A stretch of DNA of 64,000 nucleotides. It comes from Candidatus Latescibacterota bacterium (GTDB lineage Bacteria; Latescibacterota; UBA2968; GCA-2709665). Location of the stretch: positions 4,544,001 through 4,608,000 of the forward strand of contig OZ250150.1 in NCBI GenBank assembly GCA_965237675.1, read 5' to 3'. The notes under the pieces were generated by a model. That model was not told the origin of the DNA. It saw only the letters and a list, made by a program, of their open reading frames with translations, and searched no databases. Every line of letters begins with the position of its first letter. The stretch's first letter is position 1. Positions 1 through 10,249 of the stretch are shown here, piece by piece. The translations under genes were made by a program, and so were the position numbers.

Positions 1-450
1 ATTGCCACAGACAATGATCCGGCCCCTCTGACCCATGAAACCAGCCATGTAACCGCAGTCACCGCCAACGACAATCAACCCACCCTTCATTGCGACACCC
101 AACCGGGCGGAGGCATGCCCCCGTACCGCCACCGTCCCACCGCGAATGGACGCCGCCGTACCGTTGCCCGCGTTGCCGTGAACCATCACCTTCCCGCTCA
201 TCATCGACTCCGCCAGGCCCCAACCCGCGCTGCCCTTTACCTCCACGGTCGCCCCGTCTATCATGCCGGCGCAATAGTATCCCACGCTGCCTTCCAGTGT
301 GAGATGTACGGGATCCAGGAGCGCCACCCCGAGATTGTGGCGCGCGCCCGGGTCCAGAACCCTCACCTCACCCTCACCCGCGGCGACGAAGGCCTTGATC
401 TCCCGGTTGATCTCCCGGGTCGTTTTTCCGTTGCACGTCAGTTGCGCCAT
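1..450 (-). CDS. GlxC-like GXGXG-domain protein (glutamate synthase/N-methylglutamate synthase small subunit), runs off the window end
   Basis: Manual translation from ATG 450: MAQLTCNGKTTREINREIKAF...GSVGYYCAGMIDGATVEVKGSAGWGLAESMMSG...GDCGYMAGFMGQRG. Repeated GxxG beta-helix motifs; overlaps the upstream GATase gene. Confidence 0.8.
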   Translation of the reverse strand, partial: MAQLTCNGKTTREINREIKAFVAAGEGEVRVLDPGARHNLGVALLDPVHLTLEGSVGYYCAGMIDGATVEVKGSAGWGLAESMMSGKVMVHGNAGNGTAASIRGGTVAVRGHASARLGVAMKGGLIVVGGDCGYMAGFMGQRGRIIVCGN

Positions 451-1343
451 AGCCGCATGTCATTTGCCCGGGCTTCAACCACGTCGTAGTCTCCATCGAG
501 GGCCGAACGGAATGCGATCTCTTCCGTCGCCATCGCCGCGAAAGCGTCGGTTTCAGCAAAAAGAAGCGGCTTGAAGGCATACGGATCTCTCACGAATCCG
601 ACGGCGTCGGACATGGCCACGAGATAGCTGAACGAACCGTCCAGATCCACCAGGGAAGCGGCCATTGCGTCCTCCAGAACCTTTCCGTCGGCCAACTGCC
701 GGCGCAGGTACATCCCGATGATTTCCGAATCGTTCTCCGTGTAGAATCGCGCGCCCTCCTGCTCGTAGATGCGCCGCAACTTGTGGTAATTGGTAATGTG
801 CCCGTTGTGAACGATGGCCAGATCCGGATGTCCGTGAGCCCAGAACGGCTGGGAATGGCTGAGATCGATCCGGGATTCGGTGGAAAGCCGGGTATGCCCG
901 ATTCCGTGCGTCCCTTCAAAGCTGGACACCCGGTACGTGTTATCCAGATTGTCGGGCGATCCCACCTGCTTGACGATCTCAAGATGGCGCCCCATACTCA
1001 CCACCTCCACCCCCTCGCCGGCGGCTTCGATTGCCCGCTCGAGTTGATTCGCCTCACCCCCATAACCAACCACCAGCCGCAGGTACTCCGCCGTACGGGA
1101 CCAATCCGACACGGAACCCAACGTCTCCGTCCGGGCGACGATCTGCCGCGCCCTTTCTTCGTAGTCCCCGTCCTCACCCAGACTGACCCGCAGCACCAGG
1201 CGCCCGTTGTGCCCTTCGCCATAAAGCGCCACGCCGGCTGAATCCGGCCCCCGGCAATCCAGGGCCTTCAACATTTTCAATATGGTCTGGCCGAGCCCGG
1301 TGTTCTCCTCCCGCCGGTTCCAGAACCCTACGATTCCACACAC
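438..1343 (-). CDS. Class II glutamine amidotransferase (GlxB/MgsA-like)
   Basis: GTG start gives (M)CGIVG with the Ntn catalytic Cys; GIGHTRLSTES, HNGHITN and TENDSE motifs. The ORF-track start at 1574 is probably too long. Confidence 0.85.
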   Translation of the reverse strand: MCGIVGFWNRREENTGLGQTILKMLKALDCRGPDSAGVALYGEGHNGRLVLRVSLGEDGDYEERARQIVARTETLGSVSDWSRTAEYLRLVVGYGGEANQLERAIEAAGEGVEVVSMGRHLEIVKQVGSPDNLDNTYRVSSFEGTHGIGHTRLSTESRIDLSHSQPFWAHGHPDLAIVHNGHITNYHKLRRIYEQEGARFYTENDSEIIGMYLRRQLADGKVLEDAMAASLVDLDGSFSYLVAMSDAVGFVRDPYAFKPLLFAETDAFAAMATEEIAFRSALDGDYDVVEARANDMRLWRN

Positions 1344-1525
1344 TGATCCGCTCCCGAAAAACACAAAAAAACCATACCCGACATCGGAGAAGCAGGTACG
1401 GATGATCGCACCGCACAGAACAAAAGTCAAGCCAAAACCATATCCACCGCCGGACGCCGTGAGATCCAACCGAAATCGGATCCGGTCGACCTCATCCGTC
1501 CTCGCCGTCGCCCATTGCGTGTCGC

Positions 1526-2866
1526 CTATCGGGCGGCCCCGCAGCATCGCTTGAACTTCCTGCCGCTGCCGCACGGGCAGGGTTCGTTCCGGCCGGTGCT
1601 CCTTGTCCGGGCCGCCGTGCGCTCAGCCTCCTGCGCGCGCAAACGGTGCATCACGTTCGCCGCCGGCCGGCCGGCCGCAAGTTCCTTAGCCATCATCCGC
1701 ATGTACGGATCCACGTGCCCGAAGAACATTTTGTACCCCTTGCACAGATAGTTCAGGCCAGCCTCGCCGTCCGGCGTGTGGATAAACCTCTGTTTGGGGC
1801 AGCCTCCGTTGCACGCGAATCGGTAATCGCACGCCCTGCAGTAGGCCGGCAGGGTGTCCCGTTTGTCCGATCCGAATTTTTCCTGCAGGGGGCTGGCCAC
1901 CATCTCCCGGATGCTTTTCTCGCGCACGTTGCCCAGGTTGTACCGGGGATACACGAAGTGGTCGCAGGAATACAAATCTCCGTTGTGTTCGATGATCAGC
2001 GCCTTGCCGCACTTTTCCGCGAAAATACAGAGGCTGGCGTCCTGGCCCATCCAGCTTCCCAGCGCGATATCGAACATCTGGACGAAATAGCGGCCCACGT
2101 CCTGTTTGACCCATTCGTCGAAGACCGCGCAAAGGAATCGGCCGTATTGCGCCGAACCCACCGACCACTGCGAAACCTGGGCGCGCCCCTCGAACTCCGG
2201 CGCCACAAGCTGCAGGAGATCCTCACCGGGCGCTTCCGCGATCCGTTCCACAATCGGGATAAACTGCATGTACCGGCTCCCGATCGACTTCAGGAAGCGA
2301 TACACCTCCCTGGGGTAATCCGCGTTGTGGGCCTGCAACACCGTGAGGGTATTGAAATCCACGAGGTGTTTTTTCAGGATCTCCAGGCCCGCCATCACCC
2401 GGTCGAACGTGGGGCTCCCCCCCTTGTCCACCCGGTACCGGTCGTGCATCTCTCGCGGCCCGTCCACGGACAGCCCCACCAGAAACCGGTGTTCCGACAG
2501 AAACTCGCCCCATTCGTTATCAAGGAGAATCCCATTGGTCTGAAACGCGTTTGTGACGGTCTTTCCATTTGCATAACGCGCCTGGAGTTCCGTCGCCCTG
2601 CGGTAGAAATCCACGCCCATAAGCGTGGGTTCTCCGCCCTGCCACGCGAAATTCACCTCCGGGACATCCTGCGCTTCGATATAGTGGCGGACGTAGAGCT
2701 CCAGCGTCTCATCGTCCATTCGCCAGTTTTTGCCGGCGTCGGGGTACAGCTTTTCCTTCTCCAGGTAAAAGCAGTACTTACAGTCTATATTGCAGACCGC
2801 GCCCGAAGGCTTTGCCATCACGTGACTCGCCTCGGGCCGTTCAATGATTGTCTGTTCCATCGCCAT
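1526..2866 (-). CDS. Anaerobic sulfatase maturase (radical SAM + SPASM) with C-terminal SEC-C motif
   Basis: CNIDCKYC, WQGGEPTL, SPASM Cys cluster (YSCDH...CRAC...CNGGCPK), C-terminal GRNEPCPCGSGRKFKRCC. Confidence 0.92.
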   Translation of the reverse strand: MAMEQTIIERPEASHVMAKPSGAVCNIDCKYCFYLEKEKLYPDAGKNWRMDDETLELYVRHYIEAQDVPEVNFAWQGGEPTLMGVDFYRRATELQARYANGKTVTNAFQTNGILLDNEWGEFLSEHRFLVGLSVDGPREMHDRYRVDKGGSPTFDRVMAGLEILKKHLVDFNTLTVLQAHNADYPREVYRFLKSIGSRYMQFIPIVERIAEAPGEDLLQLVAPEFEGRAQVSQWSVGSAQYGRFLCAVFDEWVKQDVGRYFVQMFDIALGSWMGQDASLCIFAEKCGKALIIEHNGDLYSCDHFVYPRYNLGNVREKSIREMVASPLQEKFGSDKRDTLPAYCRACDYRFACNGGCPKQRFIHTPDGEAGLNYLCKGYKMFFGHVDPYMRMMAKELAAGRPAANVMHRLRAQEAERTAARTRSTGRNEPCPCGSGRKFKRCCGAAR

Positions 2867-2930
2867 TCGGACTATCCAGGCTAATTGGGACGTTGCAAAT
2901 TCCTCAACCGCTTCTGTTCAACAGCGGACG

Positions 2931-3776
2931 CTATTCCGCCTGCAGGGCGGCCGGATCGAACTTGCGCACGTGCGCGTCGCCGCCATCTACCGTGCCCTTC
3001 CACGCGTACGGGTCTTCTCCGGCCACCATCACGATGCCGCGGTAGTCGGCCAGCGCCATCCGTCCGTCGTCGGGGCGATGCCAGGGCAGCAGCGAGTAGG
3101 CATTCATATAGTGGTTCACCAGGACCCGCCGAAAACGGTCCGACCGGTTCTTGCGGGACCGGTGCAACAGGTAGCCGTTGAAAAAGACCACGGCCCCGGC
3201 CCGACACACCACGGGAATTTCCTCGCGGGCGTCAAAGCCGTAGGACTCCGGGGCAGAGTCGAACTCCTCGGGCCGGCCATGTGCGCGCTGGGAATACAGA
3301 TAGCCGTTCCGGTGGGAACCAGGCAGGACCCACATACAGCCATTCTCCACCGTCGCGTCGTCCAGGGCATACCAGGCGCCGGTGAGGCTGCGGTCACGCG
3401 TGGGAATATATACCTCGTCCTGATGCCAGGCCTGACCGGGGAACTTCGGCGGCTTGATGAACAACATGGACTGCATACACTTCACATCCGGCGCCACCAG
3501 CCGGGCAAGCGCCCTGGAGACCGCAGGATGCGCGAGGGCGTGTCTAATTATCGCACTGATGTTGTGCGGCTGGTGAATGCACAGATACCGGGAGAGCGCG
3601 GCCGTGTCTGACGTCTGTTTCGAAACTGGCTTCAAGTTTTCGCTTTTGTACTCTCCCCGGCAGAGCTTTACTGCATCCGCATGAATGGCCGCCAAATCCT
3701 TTTCTGACAACAGCCCCTCGACAACCAGAAACCCCTGCTCCCTGTAGGATTCCTCCTGCTCCCGTATTATTTCCAT
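2931..3776 (-). CDS. Phytanoyl-CoA dioxygenase (PhyH) family protein
   Basis: WHQD...WYALDDATVENGCMWVLPGSH...LLHRS motifs. Confidence 0.9.
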   Translation of the reverse strand: MEIIREQEESYREQGFLVVEGLLSEKDLAAIHADAVKLCRGEYKSENLKPVSKQTSDTAALSRYLCIHQPHNISAIIRHALAHPAVSRALARLVAPDVKCMQSMLFIKPPKFPGQAWHQDEVYIPTRDRSLTGAWYALDDATVENGCMWVLPGSHRNGYLYSQRAHGRPEEFDSAPESYGFDAREEIPVVCRAGAVVFFNGYLLHRSRKNRSDRFRRVLVNHYMNAYSLLPWHRPDDGRMALADYRGIVMVAGEDPYAWKGTVDGGDAHVRKFDPAALQAE

Positions 3777-3920
3777 CGAAAATCCCCGCATGTACGACTT
3801 TCGCCATCGACTTATCGTAATGAAACATAAACGCGTCCCGCCCCGTTGTCAATGCCGGTCGCCACCGTCCCGCCACGAACAAAATTGTCGTGGGAAAGCC
3901 GCGATCAATCCCCGGGCTCT

Positions 3921-5060
3921 CTAACCTGACTTTGCCGACTCTATGACGCGGTCGTACACGGCCTCCAGCCGCCTGCCCTGTCTAAGCATATCGTGGGCGG
4001 CTTCTACATGCGCCCTCCCCGCCCTGCCCATCTTCTCCCGCAATTGGCCGGACCGCAGCAGCGTATCCAGACCCTCCGCCAGCCCATCCACGTCTCGCTC
4101 CCTGAACAACAACGCGCACAGCCCGTCGGGCGCCACCGTCGGGATGTCCGCGTGGTGAGAGGAAACGATTGCCAGCCCGGAGGCCATCGCTTCAATCAAC
4201 GCCACCGGCGCCCCGCCTTCCGTATCGCCATCAGCGGCGGTCACGCTCGGATACAACAGCACGGAGGCCCGGCCCAGTTCCTCCAGGCACGCCTCGTGAG
4301 GCAGCATGCCCAGCAGGGCCACCCGGTCTCGGAGCCCGAGCCGCTGGATCTCCCGCTCCACCTCCGCGCGCAACACGCCGTCTCCTATGATGCGTACGTT
4401 CAGACCGGGATGCGAATCGAGAATTTTGTGGCAGGCCCTGAGCCCATATACGTGTCCCTTTTTCTCGCGGAAATTCGCGTACATAAGCACGACCGCCTGT
4501 GTTCTGCTTTCCGCTGGCGTATGGACAATTCTGTCGAGATCCACTCCCAGTCGATGCACGTGCACCTTTTCGGCCGGGCATCCGATCGACACCAGCGATT
4601 CGCCCATACGCGGACCCTCGACCAGAAACAGTTCACCCTCCTTGAAAAGCCGCTGAAAACGCCGGCGCCACAACCGCTGTCGCGGGAGCGCGGACGCATC
4701 CATCCCGTAAAAGGTGGTCGCCATCGGCACGCGCGCGCAACGCCGTGCCGCCAGGCAGAAAAACCCCTCCTGTCCGAAATGGGCATGGATGATCGCGGCG
4801 CCTTCCTCCCTGAGGACGCCCCCGTAGCCCACGTACGTTCCTCGTAATTTGCGTATCACCCGGTAGACCGACCGACGGAACGGGGGCAGATCTTCGCTCG
4901 AATAAAGCGTCCCAACCGGGAACACAGTCTCGTTCTGCCGTGCCTGCGTCAACACGACCGGTCGATAGCGCGTCAAACTGCGTATCTGGTCGTAACACCA
5001 GACCATTGTCAACGTCAGAAATGGATTCGCGCAGTGCGCCACCGTTGGCTTTTCGGGCAT
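3921..5060 (-). CDS. Glycosyltransferase family 4 (WcaL-like)
   Basis: HAHFG, REKKGH, PSVTAADGDTEGGAPVALIEAMASG. Confidence 0.9.
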   Translation of the reverse strand: MPEKPTVAHCANPFLTLTMVWCYDQIRSLTRYRPVVLTQARQNETVFPVGTLYSSEDLPPFRRSVYRVIRKLRGTYVGYGGVLREEGAAIIHAHFGQEGFFCLAARRCARVPMATTFYGMDASALPRQRLWRRRFQRLFKEGELFLVEGPRMGESLVSIGCPAEKVHVHRLGVDLDRIVHTPAESRTQAVVLMYANFREKKGHVYGLRACHKILDSHPGLNVRIIGDGVLRAEVEREIQRLGLRDRVALLGMLPHEACLEELGRASVLLYPSVTAADGDTEGGAPVALIEAMASGLAIVSSHHADIPTVAPDGLCALLFRERDVDGLAEGLDTLLRSGQLREKMGRAGRAHVEAAHDMLRQGRRLEAVYDRVIESAKSG

Positions 5061-5216
5061 TCACAGCCCCTCTGAATCGGAATAACGCGGGTGCGGATTC
5101 ACTTCGCAATCGAATACGAGAACAGGCCATCCGATCGACAGACCCTGCGAATTCCCAGTCGCGCTCGCCGACCGGAAAGTTCGCCAGTGGCACGGGTTCC
5201 CGGTGTGACGAATCAC

Positions 5217-5245
5217 TTGACACCCCGAGCCGCATCGCATAATAT
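5217..5245 (+). promoter_or_regulatory. Candidate sigma70 promoter upstream of rhamnulokinase
   Basis: TTGACA-17 nt-TAATAT in the divergent intergenic region. Confidence 0.4.
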
Positions 5246-5393
5246 CGCAAATGAAAGATCTCTGCACAAACAGGATGCCTGGATCAGTTTCGGCGCATGA
5301 ATCACCGATGCGTTCGAAATCCGCACCATAGAAAGTGGAATCAGGTACTCGTCCGCGTGCCTATCCGCCATTGCCGGCGCGGAAGGAGTTACA

Positions 5394-6863
5394 ATGCCTC
5401 AGACCTACCTCGCCTACGATCTCGGCGCGTCCAGCGGCCGGGCTGTCCTCGGTCGCTTCGACGGCAACAAAGTCGTGCTCGAGGAAATCCACCGCTTCTC
5501 AAACGGTCCCGTCGCAGTGGCGGGAAGCCTCTACTGGGACGCACTGCGGCTCTATGAGGAAATGCTCGCCGGACTTCGAAAATGCGTTCAGATCTCAGGT
5601 CCGGAACTCGCGGGCATCGGAATCGACACCTGGGGGGTGGATTTCGCACTCCTGGACGACGGCGGCGAACTCCTGGGGAATCCTCACTGTTACCGTGACC
5701 CTCGCGTCAAAGGAATGATGGAAAAAGCTTTCGGCCTTGTCGCCAGAGAGGAAATCTTCGAACAGACCGGCATGCAGTTCCTGGAAATCAACACGCTCTA
5801 TCAGCTATTGTCCATGGCAGAGAGGAATTCTCAGCAACTACGCGTGGCTCGCACGTTCCTGATGATGCCGGACCTGTTCAACTTCTGGCTGACCGGGCGC
5901 AAAGTCTGTGAGTTTTCGAACGCCACCACCACCCAGTTCTACAACCCGGGGACGGGCGGATGGGCAACCGGCCTGCTGAACCGGCTCAACATCCCGGTTG
6001 ACATGCTTCCCGAAATCGTCCCGCCGGGCACGTCTCTGGGTCCGCTTCGTCCGGAGATAGCGAGGGATGCCGGTATCCGGTCCGCCGACGTCATCGCGCC
6101 GGCCTGCCACGACACCGGTTCGGCGGTGGCGGCCGTTCCGTTCTCGGACGCCAACGCGGCGTACATCAGTTCCGGCACATGGGCGCTGCTCGGCGCGGAA
6201 CTGCCTGCCCCGACCGTCACACCCGAAGCCCTTCGCCACAACTTTACGAACGAGGGCGGCGCGTGCGGCACCTACCGCTTCCTCAAGAACATAACGGGGC
6301 TCTGGGTTGTTCAGGAATGCAAACGCATCTGGGAGAACGAGGGTCGCGCTTTTTCGTTCGCCGACCTCGTCCGGATGGCGGAAGCGGCTCCCGCATTGGC
6401 CTCGTTCATAGACCCCGACCATCCGGATTTCATGGCGCCCGGGGATATGCCGGCCCGCATTCGTGCGTACTGTAGACAGACCGGCCAAACCGAACCCGCC
6501 ACCGAAGGTGCCGTCATCCGGTGCGCCCTGGAGAGCCTCGCTCTCAAGTGCCGCCGCGTCCTGGAAGACCTCGAGTCGGTTCTGGATCGAAAGTTCGACA
6601 CCATCCACATCGTGGGCGGGGGCATTCGAAATGCCCTGCTGAACCAGTTGACATCCAGCGCGGCGGGGCGGCCTGTTGTCGCGGGTCCGGCCGAAGCCAC
6701 GGCATTGGGGAATATCCTCATGCAGGCTTACGCGCGGCGCGAAATCGACTCCCTCGGCGGTCTCCGGAAAGTCGTTCGCAATTCCACGGAAATCGTCATC
6801 TACGAGCCGGAAGAAAGCGACGCGTGGGAAGAAGCGTACGCCCGGTTTCGCCGGATGCCGTAA
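5394..6863 (+). CDS. rhaB: Rhamnulokinase (FGGY sugar kinase)
   Basis: DLGASSGR, GIDTWGVDF, HDTGSAV, ISSGTW, TNEGG, LKNITGLW; AAGGAG RBS. Confidence 0.88.
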   Translation: MPQTYLAYDLGASSGRAVLGRFDGNKVVLEEIHRFSNGPVAVAGSLYWDALRLYEEMLAGLRKCVQISGPELAGIGIDTWGVDFALLDDGGELLGNPHCYRDPRVKGMMEKAFGLVAREEIFEQTGMQFLEINTLYQLLSMAERNSQQLRVARTFLMMPDLFNFWLTGRKVCEFSNATTTQFYNPGTGGWATGLLNRLNIPVDMLPEIVPPGTSLGPLRPEIARDAGIRSADVIAPACHDTGSAVAAVPFSDANAAYISSGTWALLGAELPAPTVTPEALRHNFTNEGGACGTYRFLKNITGLWVVQECKRIWENEGRAFSFADLVRMAEAAPALASFIDPDHPDFMAPGDMPARIRAYCRQTGQTEPATEGAVIRCALESLALKCRRVLEDLESVLDRKFDTIHIVGGGIRNALLNQLTSSAAGRPVVAGPAEATALGNILMQAYARREIDSLGGLRKVVRNSTEIVIYEPEESDAWEEAYARFRRMP

Positions 6864-6902
6864 AACCCGACCCGCCTCGGCGGGACGGGTTTGCGTTGGC
6901 CA

Positions 6903-9900
6903 TCAGAACAGGGAGAGTTGCTCCGCATGGCTCACCCTGCGCCATGGGGATACGTGCTCCCTTTTCAGGAACCCCGCGGGAATGTCCTCCAGGAAACGGG
7001 ATGGCGCGGGCCGGATCCGCTCGCCGAAACGCGTCCTGCTCCGCGCGCAAAGCAACACCGCCTCGTCCTTCGCCCGGGTCAACCCCACGAACAACAGCCG
7101 CCGCTCTTCCTCCGGATCTCCGTTTTCGTGCGGAATCAATCCCTCCTCTACCCCGCAGATAAACACCACCGGATACTCCAGCCCCTTGGAGGCGTGCAGG
7201 GTCGTCAACGTCACCGCCTCCGCCCGCGGCCGCGTCGAGCCACCCATGCGTTCGTAATCCGCGTCGCCGCCCAACACCAGCGTATCCAGGAATCTCTGCA
7301 TCGAATCGAAGTTGGCCGCCATCCGCGCCAGGCGGTCGAGATTCTCATCCCCTTCCACTTCGGCCACTTCCTTCCAGGCCCTGACCAGCGCCTCCACGGA
7401 TTCCGTTTCGGCCATTTTTCTGAACGCCCCGGCCGCATCGTGCAGCGCCGAAACCCGCTCCCGCGCGGACGGCGGCAGGTCGGCGGCGGTGAAATCTTCT
7501 CCCTCGCGACGCAGACGTTCGAGCGCTGTCTTTCCAGGATGAAAAATAGGGATCGCCAGCCCACGCAGGAAACGCCGGCCGACATCAGGTTGGAATACGT
7601 AATTAAAAAAGGAGACTGCATGCCGCACGGGCTCCGCCGAAAGAAACCCTTTCTGTCCCACCACGCGGTACGGCAGTCCCTCTTCGAGAAAACACCGCTC
7701 GATCTCGTCCGCCTGCCGGCCGGTCCTGAACAACACGGCAAAATCCGACAGACTCCGGTCTCCGCTACCGCCGTCGGAGATCCGCCCCCCGGCCCCGTCG
7801 GCCTGAAGCATATCCGCGCCGCCGATCATCCGGTTAATCTCCCGTACCACCGCGATCCCTTCCGCCGTTTCGCCAGGCACCGAAACCAGTCGGACGCCAA
7901 CGCCTTCTCCCCGGACCGCATCCATCTGACGCCCATCACCGATCACGGAGATTGCCGCACCGACAATCTGCCGCGTGGAGCGATAGGTCCGCTCCAGCAC
8001 AAACGTCCTGGCAGCCGGACAGTCTTCACGCAACTTCTGAAAAAACGCGGCACTCGCGCCACGGAATCCGTAGATGGCCTGGTCCGGATCGCCGATCACG
8101 AATAGACCCCTTCTATCGCCGGCCAGGGCTGTTACCAGGCTGTACTGCACCGCATTCACATCCTGAAACTCATCCACCAGAACGTGCGAAAACCTCCCGC
8201 GAATCCGCTGAGACGATTTGTCGGTTCCCTGAAGCATCGCCAGGAAATTCAACAAGATATCGTCATAATCCCATACCCTTAGCGCACGCAACCTGTCCTG
8301 GTACGCACTATAGACGCGACGAAGTTCCTCTGGAACCACCGCCTCCGGGTCTGCTTTCGCTACGGAGATTCGCAACCGGGTCTCCCGCGTGGAGAGGCTG
8401 ACATCGGCGTCAGCCATGACCTCCGCAAGCACCTGTGTTGCCTCCACGTCGTCGATCACCTGCCGCGTCTCCCCTGGCCTGCAGGACGTCATCAAGTCCA
8501 GCGCCACAGCATGAAACGTACCCAGCATCAACCCATCCAGCTTTCGGGTGTCCGGCAATAGAATCCGGACTCGCTCCCGCATCTCCGCCGCGGCCTTATT
8601 CGTAAACGTCACGGCCAGGATCGACTCCGGCGGGACTCCCGCCTCCCCGATCAACCGCGCCAATCGACGGGTCAACACGCGAGTCTTGCCCGTGCCAGGA
8701 CCTGCCACGACGATCACCGGCCCGCTGTCCCGGATTACTGCCGCCCGCTGCATATCGTCCAATCCGCCGCCGCCCTGAACCTCCTCAACCCCTGGCGGTT
8801 CGCCGTTTGCGCCAGCGTATTCTTCGCGACTCGTCGACACCTCCGATAATGCCGCAGTGGACGACTCTGCCGCCTTCCCGGGTAGATTGAACAAGGCGGT
8901 TTGGCGGCTCAGCCGCGCCCGATCCTCCTCCGAAAACACCTGGATCCGGCCGTACACGCCGTCGTAACCCGCCGCGATCACAACTTCCCCGGACCGCATT
9001 CGCCGTATGCCTTCCGCCACGAGCGGTTCGCCGCAGCCGGCAATCTCCTCGGGGGACACACCCCTCAAAATCGCGAGTTCAGACCCCAGTTCCGCCAGCA
9101 ACCGTTCATACACCCGTTGAACCTTCTTGCTTGTTGGGCCCACCCCCAACACGGAACCGATGACTTCCGTCAGTGGAATCAGATTCTCATACGGCGGCGC
9201 CACGTCCGGCCTTCCGCCTTCCGCCCGGTCGGCCAACTGCTCCACACGGTGCAGTACGCCGACGGTCAACCGTTTACCGCATACCGGACACAAGCAATCC
9301 GCCTCCCGCGACTGCCCCGGCTCCCAGCAGACGCCGCATTTCCGATGCCCGTCCAGGTGATACTTCCCCTCTTCGGGATAAAACTCGAGCGTGCCCAGAA
9401 ACCGTTCCGGGTCCCTTGTCTTCAGTGCATCGTATATGCCGCGGTACGACAATTCGGTATCGAAACAGGTGGCCTCCCGCGCCAGTTTCTGCGGGGAATG
9501 CGCATCCGAATTGGACACGATCGCATACCGGTCCAGCATGGACAGGCGCCAGTTCATGGGCGGATCGGAGGAGAGACCCGTTTCCACGGCGAAAATGGCG
9601 GGCAGCATATCCTCGAAACACTCCTCCAGCGTATCGAACCCGGAACTTGCGCCCAGCACGGCGAAATGAGGCGTCCATATATGCGCCGGAATAAACAGCA
9701 CGTCTTCGGCCGCTTCAACGCAGATCTCAACGAGATCCCGGCTGTCCAGACCCAGAATGGGCCGCCCGTCCGACTTCAGGTTGCCGATATCACCCAGCCG
9801 GGCATTCAACCGCTCCACCGCTTCGAAGCTGGACATCAACACCACGTGGTGTACCTTGCGGGTCTTGTCGTTCTTTTTGTAAATCACGCTGATCTCGGTG

Positions 9901-10172
9901 GACAGCACAAAACGTACCGCTCCCCGGCATCGCTCCGGCAGGTCTTCGTCCACCGCGGCCTGATGCACCGGTTTGAGCCGGTAGAGTCCCTCCTCGGCCG
10001 GCTCGAGCCGGTCCTTCAGTTCCTCGATCCACTCGGGATGGGTGAAATCGCCCGTCCCGACCACGTTCACGCCCTTGAGCGCGGACCACTTGTAGAGATT
10101 TTCCGGGGTCAGTTCCCTGCTCGTGGCCCTGGAAAACCGGGAATGCAGATGTACATCCGCCACAAATCGCAT
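6903..10172 (-). CDS. Endonuclease Q-like PHP domain fused to UvrD/PcrA-type SF1 helicase
   Basis: N-term DVHLHSRFSRATS, PAHIWTP, SNSDAHSP, GKYHLDGHRKC, CPVCG; C-term AGPGTGKT, VDEFQD, GDPDQAIYGFRG, HASKGLE, EERRLLFVGLTRA. Confidence 0.9.
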   Translation of the reverse strand: MRFVADVHLHSRFSRATSRELTPENLYKWSALKGVNVVGTGDFTHPEWIEELKDRLEPAEEGLYRLKPVHQAAVDEDLPERCRGAVRFVLSTEISVIYKKNDKTRKVHHVVLMSSFEAVERLNARLGDIGNLKSDGRPILGLDSRDLVEICVEAAEDVLFIPAHIWTPHFAVLGASSGFDTLEECFEDMLPAIFAVETGLSSDPPMNWRLSMLDRYAIVSNSDAHSPQKLAREATCFDTELSYRGIYDALKTRDPERFLGTLEFYPEEGKYHLDGHRKCGVCWEPGQSREADCLCPVCGKRLTVGVLHRVEQLADRAEGGRPDVAPPYENLIPLTEVIGSVLGVGPTSKKVQRVYERLLAELGSELAILRGVSPEEIAGCGEPLVAEGIRRMRSGEVVIAAGYDGVYGRIQVFSEEDRARLSRQTALFNLPGKAAESSTAALSEVSTSREEYAGANGEPPGVEEVQGGGGLDDMQRAAVIRDSGPVIVVAGPGTGKTRVLTRRLARLIGEAGVPPESILAVTFTNKAAAEMRERVRILLPDTRKLDGLMLGTFHAVALDLMTSCRPGETRQVIDDVEATQVLAEVMADADVSLSTRETRLRISVAKADPEAVVPEELRRVYSAYQDRLRALRVWDYDDILLNFLAMLQGTDKSSQRIRGRFSHVLVDEFQDVNAVQYSLVTALAGDRRGLFVIGDPDQAIYGFRGASAAFFQKLREDCPAARTFVLERTYRSTRQIVGAAISVIGDGRQMDAVRGEGVGVRLVSVPGETAEGIAVVREINRMIGGADMLQADGAGGRISDGGSGDRSLSDFAVLFRTGRQADEIERCFLEEGLPYRVVGQKGFLSAEPVRHAVSFFNYVFQPDVGRRFLRGLAIPIFHPGKTALERLRREGEDFTAADLPPSARERVSALHDAAGAFRKMAETESVEALVRAWKEVAEVEGDENLDRLARMAANFDSMQRFLDTLVLGGDADYERMGGSTRPRAEAVTLTTLHASKGLEYPVVFICGVEEGLIPHENGDPEEERRLLFVGLTRAKDEAVLLCARSRTRFGERIRPAPSRFLEDIPAGFLKREHVSPWRRVSHAEQLSLF

Positions 10173-10249
10173 CTTTTTCCCTTTAGCCTATCAAACGGGA
10201 TGTCATCAAAAGCCGTTACAGCCGCAGCGCCTGGCACCAGCGCATAAAT

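Noticed and set aside
1344-1574. N-terminal extension of the GATase ORF
   Set aside because: Ntn amidotransferases need Cys at position 2, which fits GTG 1343.
1646-10247. Long antisense ORFs (1646..2884, 6891..8105, 8901..10247; likewise 35420..36871)
   Set aside because: Shadow frames of real genes in GC-rich DNA, with no recognisable motifs.
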